Shown here: piece after piece, positions 1-10,100 of the stretch
How the letters are laid out: each line of letters opens with the position of its first letter
How positions within the stretch are numbered: the stretch's first letter is position 1
Assembly: GCA_946410665.1 (NCBI GenBank)
Contig: CAMKBC010000002.1
Location: 11,926-75,925 of the forward strand
Origin: an uncultured Clostridia bacterium
GTDB taxonomy: Bacteria > Bacillota > Clostridia > TANB77 > CAG-508
DNA length: 64,000 nucleotides
Reading direction: 5' to 3'
Notes under the pieces: model-generated
What the model was told of the DNA's origin: nothing
What the model saw: only the letters and a program-made list of their open reading frames with translations
The model's database searches: none
Program-made: the position numbers and the translations under genes

Positions 1-2393
1 TTAAAAATACTGATATTTCGAATAAATATGATGTACAAGGTGATGAAAAATATGGCAATGTCGGAGGATTAATTTCAACTAATAATGCGGAAACTGAATT
101 GATTAATTGTAAAGTTGAAGATATGGCCATTACTACAAGAGGACATATAGCAGCGGGTGGAATTGCAATATCTAATGGAATGGATAATACAGTAATTAAT
201 TGTGAGATAAAAAATGTAGCAATTAGCGATGAATGGCAAGAACCAGAATCATTAGAAGAAGTAGCCGATGCAATGCATAACGAAAGAATTTTTGCTGGAT
301 TTATAGGTGTACAAAACACAACACCAAGCATAAAATTTGACAGTGTTAAAATTTCAAACGTTGATATAGATGCTAAATATGCAAGCATAGGTGGTATCTA
401 TGGAAGCGCAAAGAGAGTTAGACAATTAAAAGATTGTGTAGTTGAAAATTGTAAGTTTACTTCAAAAAAATCAATAAGTGGAGTTAAAGGTTCATGTGCA
501 GGTATTGGAGCAGTAACTGAATCTATGAACTGTGTACCAACAAACAATAAAGTTTCAAATATTGAAATCACAACAGATTATCATATTAACGCAGGAATGT
601 TTGGATATATAAAAGATAGTAGCGCAGATACTATAACGATTAATGATTCAACAGTTGAGAATGTGACATTAACTCATGAAAATGAAGACTTAGAATACAA
701 TGTTGATCATGATGAAAATAATCCAAATATATTAATTAACTACAACCCACTAGTAGCAGGAGTAGTTGCTATAACAGAAAATGATGTTACAATAAACAAT
801 GCGACAGTTAAGAATAGCACAATGAATGTTAAGAATGGTGGTTCATCAGGATACACACATGTAGGTGGTATTATTGCATTATCAGGATCAAACATTAATA
901 TTGATAATTCTAAAGTTATAAATACATCAATAATAAATAATACTAATTTCTCAATCACGGGTGGATTAGTAGGATTAAATACAAAACTAATGACTCAACC
1001 AGAACAAGAGAGAACAACGACAATAACAAATTCTTCAATTGAGCAAAACAGTTCTATTGATGCAAACAATCAAATTGGTGGTTTAGTAGGATTTGCAAAA
1101 GTTCAATTGAACAATGACAAAGTTTTAAATCTAATAGTTAGACCTATACAAATGGGATACGTTGGTGGCGCAGTAGCATTAACTACAACTGGTGCAAGTA
1201 CAATATCAAATGTAACAATAAAAGATTTAACTGTACCTGATGGAGAGATAGTACCTACTAACGTAGGTGGAATAGCAGCACAATTTAGTGGAACGTTGAA
1301 AAATTCAACAGTAACAGATTCAACATTAGTTGCAAATCAATGTGCCGCAGGTGTTGTTGCAATTTCTCAAAATCCAACATCAGGACAACCATCTGAAATT
1401 AGCGATGTAACAGTAACAAATGTAACAGTAACATCAAAAGGAAATATTGCAGCAGGTGTAGTAGCAGTTACACCTGGAAAAATTGTAAATGCAAAAGTTT
1501 ATAGTTCGGAAATTGAAACAAAAGGAACAAACATGGCTGGTGGTATTGTTGGTACTTCAAACAACACAATAAGTGATGTAATAGTTGAAGGAACAGATAT
1601 CACATCAAATGTTGCATCATCTAGCTCAAGTGCAGGCGGTATTGGTGCATGTTTGTATGGTGCAGTATCGAATGCAAAAGTTAAAGACTCAAACATAAAA
1701 GCACAATGGCATGCGGGAGGTATTGCAGCAACAACAATGTCATCAATAACAGAAGCAGAAATTGACAATGTAGATATAAGCACAGTAATTCAAAGTGCAG
1801 GTGGCGTTGTATCATGTACAAATGGAACAGTAACAAATGCTAGTGTAAAAGATTCAACAGTAAAAGGAAATTTAATGGCAGGTGGTGTTGCAGGATTTGG
1901 AATATCATCAATTAGCGGAGTTGAGGTGAACAACACAAGTGTATATGCAGTAGAAGACGCAGGAGGCGTCGTAGGAGTAACGAGTGGAAGCATAAACGGT
2001 GCAGAAGTAACCGAATCAACAATTGTATGTAAAAAATTAGCAGGTGGTATTGCAGGAACTATGGAAACTGAAATTAAGAATGCAACTGTAGATGGAAGTA
2101 CAATTACATCAGAAGAAATGCACGTTGGTGGTATTGTAGCTTGTACTAGAGCAACAATAGATAACTGCACAACTAAAAATTCAACAATCAAAACATTAAA
2201 AGGATCATTCGGCACAAGTAATCCAAACCCAACATGCTTAGGAGGATTAGTTGGAGCAGGATCAGGTGATAGCCCATCAATAATTAATTCAACAGTTGAA
2301 AACAACACATTAACAGGAGCAACAGGAACATTAATAGGAAAATACATAGGAGCTCCTACAGAAATTAATGAGCAACTTGTAGCCGGAGAATAA
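1..2393 (+). CDS. C-terminal fragment (at least 797 aa) of a giant GLUG-repeat surface protein. The N-terminus lies upstream of the window.
   Basis: The reading frame is open from nt 3 to the stop at 2391-2393, so the ATG at 99 is internal. About 22-aa periodic repeats carry (A/V)GG(I/V)(A/V)G, i.e. GLUG-like, motifs. The C-terminal cap PTCLGGLVGAG...NNTLTGATGT.IGKYIGAP...QLVAGE is nearly identical to residues in the 2768-aa protein. Confidence 0.8.
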   Translation, partial: KNTDISNKYDVQGDEKYGNVGGLISTNNAETELINCKVEDMAITTRGHIAAGGIAISNGMDNTVINCEIKNVAISDEWQEPESLEEVADAMHNERIFAGFIGVQNTTPSIKFDSVKISNVDIDAKYASIGGIYGSAKRVRQLKDCVVENCKFTSKKSISGVKGSCAGIGAVTESMNCVPTNNKVSNIEITTDYHINAGMFGYIKDSSADTITINDSTVENVTLTHENEDLEYNVDHDENNPNILINYNPLVAGVVAITENDVTINNATVKNSTMNVKNGGSSGYTHVGGIIALSGSNINIDNSKVINTSIINNTNFSITGGLVGLNTKLMTQPEQERTTTITNSSIEQNSSIDANNQIGGLVGFAKVQLNNDKVLNLIVRPIQMGYVGGAVALTTTGASTISNVTIKDLTVPDGEIVPTNVGGIAAQFSGTLKNSTVTDSTLVANQCAAGVVAISQNPTSGQPSEISDVTVTNVTVTSKGNIAAGVVAVTPGKIVNAKVYSSEIETKGTNMAGGIVGTSNNTISDVIVEGTDITSNVASSSSSAGGIGACLYGAVSNAKVKDSNIKAQWHAGGIAATTMSSITEAEIDNVDISTVIQSAGGVVSCTNGTVTNASVKDSTVKGNLMAGGVAGFGISSISGVEVNNTSVYAVEDAGGVVGVTSGSINGAEVTESTIVCKKLAGGIAGTMETEIKNATVDGSTITSEEMHVGGIVACTRATIDNCTTKNSTIKTLKGSFGTSNPNPTCLGGLVGAGSGDSPSIINSTVENNTLTGATGTLIGKYIGAPTEINEQLVAGE
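1149..2199 (+). repeat. Intragenic tandem repeats of about 22 aa (GLUG-type solenoid repeats) in the giant-protein fragment
   Basis: The pattern ..AGG(I/V)A(G/A)T....I.....V...T(I/V).S.. recurs more than 15 times. Confidence 0.6.
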
Positions 2394-2425
2394 TACTACA
2401 TGATTGTGTAAAATAATAAATTAAA

Positions 2426-2458
2426 AAGGAAATAGAAAAATCTATTTCCTTTTTTTTA
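2426..2458 (+). terminator. Rho-independent terminator
   Basis: The stem ggaaatag/ctatttcc has a 6-nt loop and is followed by T8. Confidence 0.6.
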
Positions 2459-2679
2459 CATTTTTTAACATATAAAATTGGTAATTGTTTTACATGACGC
2501 AGCATTACGAACTCAAGGGGTTGAAGGATATTTTTGATGCAAGTTTTTAGTGAAGAAAAATAAAATGTAATGTAATAATACTAAAAATTACCATATATAT
2601 TATTTATTATATACGCGTGAGAAAAGTTTTATAGATTTCTTAAAAAAATCTAAATTTTAAACAAAAGAAGGAAAAGAAA

Positions 2680-4095
2680 ATGTTAAATCAAAAGACAAAA
2701 ACAAAAAGAGATATTGCGGTTATATCAATTGCGACAATGATTATTGTTACATCTTTAGTAATGATTGTTAGCATGATAAGAAGTAATTCAACAGCATCAT
2801 TCTCGTTAGTATCTAAAAGTTATTTAGAATCTAACACAGAGAAAACAGGAAAAGTTACAGTTAATTACTTAGACACATTTGGAAATGAAATTTCTGATTC
2901 AACAGAAGTTAGTGGAAAAGTTGGAGAAGAATACAGCGTTGAAGCGAAGAAAATCGAAAGTTATATTTTACGCACAAACCCTTTTAACAGAAAAGGTAAT
3001 TTTGATGTGGCTACACAAAATGTAGATTTTGTTTATGAGAAAGACACAACAACAGTTGATGAAAATTCTGATGGACAAAATGTCGTAGTTACTATTTATA
3101 AAAACAAGGATGCAAAAGTTGATGATTATAAGTTAGTTATCAAAACAATCGATGAAGAAGGAAATGCACTACCAGGAACAGGATATAAAACTGTAAATGC
3201 AAACAATGCTGTTGTAAGAAGCACAACTGACTACACAGGAAATTATGTTGTTGGCTGTATCACACTAGATGGTGTTGGAACAGAAAAATACACAACAACA
3301 GAATTAAAATGTGTTGAAGGTTACATTGCTTTAAATGGATCAATTAATTTAACAGTTAACAAAACACAAGATGGTGATGCTTATAAACTTGATGCATCAA
3401 TTGAAGAAAAGGAAAATGTTTCTTTAAATGTTGATCATCAAAACAAAGAAGTAGTTATCACAGTTGTTAAGAAATTAGTTCCTGCGCCAAATCCTCCAGA
3501 AACAGGAGAAAAGATTTTTGATTTAACAATTGATAAAAATATAAAGACAGTAAAAATTAAAAACTCAGCAGAAGAAAAAACAATAACAAAAAACAATAAA
3601 GATGAATTAGTAAAAATTGATTTACCAAAAAGTAAATTAGCAGAAACAGAGCTAACAGTTACTTATGAAATAGTTGTTAAGAATGTAGGAGAACTTGCAG
3701 GATATGCAACATCAGTAATTGATGACCTACCAGCAAGAATGAACTTAACAGAAAACAATGTTGATTGGACTCAAAATGATGCACATGCAATCTCAACAAA
3801 ATTTGCATCAACTTTATTAAATCCAGGAGATAGTGTAAGTCAAGAAATCGTAGTTAAAATTAATTTAACAAATGACGATGTAGGAACAAAAATAAATAAA
3901 GCAAACATTAGCACATATTACAATGATGAAGGAATTAAAGATAAAACTCCAGATAACAATACAGAAGAGCCATTATTAATTACAGTTAAAACTGGACATG
4001 ATGCATTAATTCCACTAGCAGCTTTAATGATGATTGGAGCAGCTACATTATTAGTTTATGTGGTTAAAAAGAGAAACACAAACTCAAATGAGTAA
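2680..4095 (+). CDS. DUF11-type surface protein (471 aa) with an N-terminal signal anchor and a C-terminal hydrophobic anchor plus KKR tail
   Basis: RBS agaaggaaaag precedes the start. The N-terminus has a TM segment. There is a DUF11-like segment, and DKTPDNNTEE resembles the D.DS.P.N...EDD signature. The C-terminus VKTGHDALIPLAALMMIGAATLLVYVVKKRN looks like a sorting signal but has no canonical LPXTG. Confidence 0.65.
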   Translation: MLNQKTKTKRDIAVISIATMIIVTSLVMIVSMIRSNSTASFSLVSKSYLESNTEKTGKVTVNYLDTFGNEISDSTEVSGKVGEEYSVEAKKIESYILRTNPFNRKGNFDVATQNVDFVYEKDTTTVDENSDGQNVVVTIYKNKDAKVDDYKLVIKTIDEEGNALPGTGYKTVNANNAVVRSTTDYTGNYVVGCITLDGVGTEKYTTTELKCVEGYIALNGSINLTVNKTQDGDAYKLDASIEEKENVSLNVDHQNKEVVITVVKKLVPAPNPPETGEKIFDLTIDKNIKTVKIKNSAEEKTITKNNKDELVKIDLPKSKLAETELTVTYEIVVKNVGELAGYATSVIDDLPARMNLTENNVDWTQNDAHAISTKFASTLLNPGDSVSQEIVVKINLTNDDVGTKINKANISTYYNDEGIKDKTPDNNTEEPLLITVKTGHDALIPLAALMMIGAATLLVYVVKKRNTNSNE

Positions 4096-4162
4096 GTACG
4101 AAAGATAAAAATGCAACATGTAAAGCACAAAGAAAAAAATTGAGAGAAACGGATGATAAAAA

Positions 4163-7100
4163 ATGAAAAGAAAAGTTTTTATTTTAAGTTCAATAATTTT
4201 CATATTGGTTGCAGCATTAGGAGCTATGTTCTTAGTGCCTAATAAAGTTGAAGCGGATGTAGCAACAGATGAAAATTCAATAACATGGAACTTCACAGTA
4301 AGTGGAGGAAATTTAATTAACTTAACATATAATTCAGGAACTATTCCTGCTGATGGAAAAGTTGTTATACCATCTAAATTAAATTTAAATGGAGTTGAAT
4401 ACACAGTAAGATCTTTAGGAAATACAACTTCTACTTATAGATCAATATTCTATAATGCATCATCAGCTAATAGAAATAGAATTAAAGAAGTAGTTATACC
4501 AGATACAGTTACAGAAGTTAAAAATTATGCTTTTTATAACGTACCTAATTTGACAAATATCGTATTCGGAGATGGAGTAACATCTCTTGGATATTACATA
4601 TTCGCAAACACATCAGTATCAGAGGTTGTATTACCTAAAAATATAACATACTTAAATTCTACTACATTTGCTGGTTATAATGGTAATAAAAATAATACAA
4701 TAAGAAAAATTTATATTAATGACAAACTAAATCTAAGCTACTTAAGTAGTGTTGTTTCATACACACCATACGTAACAGCGTGGGGAGTAAGAGAAGATAG
4801 CGAAAAATATGTTGAAGTAGACGGAGAATTATATAGTGTAGATGGCAAAACTTTATGTTTGATAAGACCTCAATACACAGAAGCAACATACACAGTTGGA
4901 GAAGAAGTTACAGACATAGGAGACTATGCTTTCTATAATAATAGAAATATAAGTACTGTTGTTTTGAACGATAACATCAAAACAATAGGAAATTACGCTT
5001 TTGGTTATTGTAGTAATTTAAACACTATAGATTTACCAGATTCATTAGTTTCGATTGGAAACGATGCGTTTATTAGTAGTGCATTAACGGGAGAATTAAA
5101 ACTACCAGAAAATCTTACTAATATAGGAAGAGAAGCCTTTTATAACTGCTCAAGACTTACAGGAGATTTAGTGATTCCTGATTCTGTAACGACAATGGGT
5201 GCATATGCGTTCAGAAGTTGCTCAGGATTTAATGGTAATTTAATAATAGGCAACGGATTAACAACTATAGAAAACTATGCTTTTTATGGTTCAGAGAATT
5301 TTAAGAGAATTACGATTGGATCTGGAGTTGAAAGAATTAAAGACAACGCTTTCAGCAATTTAAAAGATTTCTGGATTAATAGATTTGAAGGAGAAGTTTA
5401 TTTTGAAAGTAATTTCGGTGGATCAAACAGTAAACCATTCCCACATTATTTAAATGGAACACATAGAGTTACAATAGGTACTTCTGAAGGAATTAAAGTA
5501 GTAAATGCAGAAACAGGACTAGAAGTAGTAAGCGGAAATTACGAATGTGAAACATCATTCAGATATAAAGTAGTAATTGAACCAGGTTATAATTATCCTG
5601 ATTTGAAAATAGTTGAAATTAATAATGGAGAAATTGATAATGCAGTAAGTTATAACTATGTAGAAGGACAAGAATATGAATTTTCTACATTATTAAGAGA
5701 CAGAAGAATTTATATTGAATCAATTAAAGAAGGAAACGATTTATCATTAAGAACATTTGTAACAGATGTAAACTACACAACAATTTCTAAACCAAGAATT
5801 CCTATGGCAGAATTGACTAAAGGTGAATTCAAATATGTACACACAAAAAATCCAGTAAGAGTTGAAAACAATGATGACGTTACATTCAAGGTAAGAGTAT
5901 ATAACGAATCATTATCAAAAGTTTCAGCAGATGAAATAACAGTATATATTCCAGAAGGAATGTCATTTGATGAAGAAAACATAATTAACCAAAAAAATGG
6001 TTGGACTCTATCAAGTGAGGGAGTTGTTAAATCAACGAAGTTAGCAGAAAATTTAATTCCAGGATATTATGGAAATGGAATAATTTCTTATAGAGATTTA
6101 GAGTTATTATTAAAGGTTACAGATTCAACTTCTGAAGAAGATTTATACAAAACAGTATTTGCAGAAATAACAAGAGAAAGTGCAACAGATACTGATTCTA
6201 CACCAGGAAATGTCACTGTTTCTCAAAATTACATGATTAATGAAATTTTAAGTTCGAATGCAAATTCTGCTATTGTTTCACAAGAAGATGATGACGACTT
6301 TGATACAGTGGTATTAAATGCTAAGTTTAGAGTTGAATATGCAATTAGAATTAATAAAATTGATTCGAAGACAGATGAAGTTTTAAAAGGTGCAAAATTT
6401 AAACTAACTTCATTTGGAACAAATGAATTAGAAATTACAGAGAACAATACAAGAGTATTAAAGAGATACAATGATGGCGAGACAATTGCAACTGCAACTT
6501 CAGATGAGAATGGAGCTGTAGATTTCGGTGGCCTTGTATCATATGGTGAGGGTGAAAACGAATACTTAATTGAAGAAATTGATGCTCCATCAGGCTACTT
6601 AACAAACATCGGTAAAAAGATGAAAGTAAGAGTAGAAAAAATTATCATTGATAAAGAAAAAGGAACATACGGAGTAAAAGTATTCTGTGGTTCTACAGAC
6701 TATGCAATTGACACATCAACATATAATTTCACACCAGTAAAGACAGCTGAACAATTAGCTAAAATCGGTAGTGGTGAAGTAGTAAATGTTGATGGAGTAG
6801 ATTACGAATATAATATAGATACAAATTATAAATTAATCGATGATATTGATTTATCAGGAATTAATTGGACACCAATCAAGAATGAAATTAAAGGTGTGTT
6901 TGATGGTAATGGACATAAAATTAAGAATCTAACAATTACTTCAGATGATATATTAACATATTCAGAGGTTGGATTGATTTCTACATTCTCTGGAATTGTA
7001 GAAAACTTAACTTTCGAAGATCCTAATATTCACATTAGAACATTTGCTGAGAATGCAGTTTCTAATTCTGGATATACAGGAGTTGGATGTTTTGCAGGTG

Positions 7101-10100
7101 TAATGAGACAAGGTGGAATCTATAATTGTAAGACAACAGTAACAGAAGGTACATCAGCAAGCATTACTGCAGTAGCAGATAACTTAGGAGGTATGGTAGG
7201 ACATACTACTCCTGATGGATTAGTTACAGTAATTGATTGCGAAAACAATATTGAAATTATCGGACAAGAAGAAGAGATAGCTGGAGAACTTTTAAAGAAT
7301 AAAAATGTTGGTGGATTAATTGGATGTGCACTAGGCTCAATTAGCGTTCAAGACTCAGTAAATAACGGACATTTAATAGCAAAAGAATATAATGCCGGTG
7401 GATTAGTAGGTTTTGTAAACCCATCAGATTATAGAGAAATGTTATTATCAGCAGGTTATGATGAAGATAATAAACGTATTGATTTATTAGTAGAAAATGA
7501 AGCTGCAGAAGGTCAATACAACTTAACTCTTGAAATAAGAGACAGAAAAACACAAGCTTTAATCGGTGGAGCAACATACGAAATCGATAAAGTAGAAGAT
7601 ATGGTTATGACACAATTACTTGATACTGGATCATTAAAATTATTTGATAAAGTAATCGAGTATACAGGTAGAGATGTTTACTTCTTAACAGAAGATGAAA
7701 CAATCGAGGGTTATAGCAGATTAAATGGCATTATTAAAGTAGTTATCGAAAGATATTGGGATACTACTGCTCAAGAGTACAAAGTAAGAGCGGAAGCAAC
7801 AATCGTTTCACATAAAGAATACGAAGAGTTTGCAGAGCAAAGAGAAACAAACAATGCTGATGTAAAAGGTCAAGAATTTGACAGAGGTTCAGTATTCACA
7901 GATGCAAATATAGTAAATGCAAACTGGTATGGTAAGAAAGCTGATTTTATAAACAATACAAACAATGGATTAGTACAATCAAATTATATGAATGCAGCAG
8001 GTATACTTGGAACATCATACGGATTAGTAGAATTTGAAAACAATACAAACAATGGAACAATAGTATCTAACACAAAAGCAGCTGGTATGATTGCAGAATT
8101 AAGAACTGTTAATGGAAGAGATGGCTGGGACGATGTGCAGTACAATACTCAAGATACTACTGCAAATTCAAAATTCACAGAATGTACAAACAATGGTGAA
8201 ATTTACACTATAGGTCAAAGTTGGCAAGATTTAGGAAACGCTGGTGGATTGGTTTCAGAGATAAGAGGCTATGCGATTATTGAGAAAGCAACTAACAACG
8301 GAAAAATAACATCAAGTGGAAAAAGACAAGTTGGTGGTATTCTAGGACAAGCTTCTGGTGGAATTGAAATAAAGGAATCTGTAAATAAAGGCGAAATAAT
8401 AGCAGTATCGAGCGAATCTGATGTAGATAATCTTGCTGGTGGTATTATGGGACAACTTAGATGCGTTTCTGATTATTGCGAAAAAACACCATTCAAAAAT
8501 AATTATATTAGAATTAGTAAATGTAAGAACTATGCTAATGTAATGTCTTCTGGTGCAACATCTGGAATTTTAAGTGAAGCTTCAGGAAACGAAGTAACAA
8601 TCACAGACTGTGAAGTTAAAGGAACAGAAGAAAATAAATTAAATATAAGTATGACTCAAGATGGCGCTTGTGCTGGTGTACTTGCACTTGAAGGATGTAA
8701 ATATACGAATATTAAAAATAACATAGTAGAGAATTGTAAAATTGAAGTATTGAGTTTTGCAGGCTACGATACTTATGATTCATGTGCTGGAATTTTAGCA
8801 AATGTTGACTATAATTCAAATGTAGCAGGATTAACTCCAAAGAGCGGAGAAAACACATCAATTGAATCAATTATTGTTAATAACAATATTGTAAGAAATT
8901 GTTCAATAATAGATAGAAATAAAGAGTGTGGTGGTATCGTTGCTACTACTAACGTATATGATACAAATTGTTTAACATCAATTAACAATTGTTTAGTAAA
9001 AGACACAGAAATACTAAATTATAACTATCAAAATAGTACATATAACATTTCTGGTGGTATTTTCGCAGGTGGTGGATATGGAAATGGTAAAGTAGAGATT
9101 AACTACTGTCTTGTTGATAATACTAGAATCATCAAGAGCAATCCTGGCGGAGGTCCTGGTCCTGGACAATCAACAATTGGTGGTATCTTCGGTAGAGGAA
9201 ACCGCATAAAAGGAATCAAGATTGAAAATTGCGATTTCAAAGATTCATATATATATGATAATGCTCTAGATTCTACATCAGGTAGCCCTGGCGGAATCTT
9301 TGGAACATGTTATAGCATGTATGGAGATCTTGTTATAAGAGGATGTAATTTAATAAATTCAACAATTAGAGAATATGGACAAAATGTTGGTGGATTTATC
9401 GGCGGTGTCGAAGACGTTAATGGAACAGTTATAGTAGAAGACTGTGAAGCAATAGAGACTAATATTAGTAGAGAAATTTTGGGTGACTACAGAACAGTTT
9501 ATAACGATGTCGGATATGTAGTAGGTTTCATTATGGATGCCGATGCTATACGATTCAAAAATATAAATATTATAGGAAAAGATTTACCAAAAGGATCAGA
9601 AGGAAGAACAACAATTTATTCTGATGGTGCTAATATAGGTGCCGTTCTTGGTTGTGTAATGATTACTCCAAAATTCGAAGCAGAAAATATTACTGTAAAA
9701 AATATTGACATAGTAAACACAGTAGGCGAACATGGTTTTCCTGATCTAGATGCTGCACAAATTGGTGGTTTCGCTGGACTTATGATGTGTACCACACATT
9801 CAATTGATGGATTCACATTAGATAATTGCGATGTAAGAGGAAACAAAGTATTTAATGCTGGTGGTATTACATCTACAATGTTTGGTAGCAACAATGTAAT
9901 CAAAAACATAAATATAAAAGATTCATATATTACAACTAACTTAAATCTAGATGATGGAGTTAGTACATATGGACATGCAGCAGGTTTAATAGGAGAACAA
10001 ATTTATTCAGCATCATATGAAAACTGCAACGTTGAAAACTGTAAGATTTCGTCTGGCTGCGTTGGAGCATCAGGAATGATTTCATGTAACCACGGAAATA

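Noticed and set aside
740-2347. Antisense ORFs of 72, 94 and 185 aa inside the first giant gene. Similar minus-strand ORFs occur throughout 4163..52345 (for example 10639..11112, 44269..44652 and 24274..24630).
   Set aside because: These are the usual reverse-strand artefacts of long, repetitive, AT-rich coding sequence. They have no RBS and low-complexity translations, and all are fully embedded in strongly supported + strand genes.
2470-2545. A GC-richer island in the intergenic region (acatgacgcagcattacgaactcaaggggttgaaggat...) considered as a tRNA or small RNA
   Set aside because: It has no cloverleaf-compatible pairing, no T-loop or anticodon-arm consensus, and no flanking promoter or terminator. 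It is probably just a promoter-region remnant.
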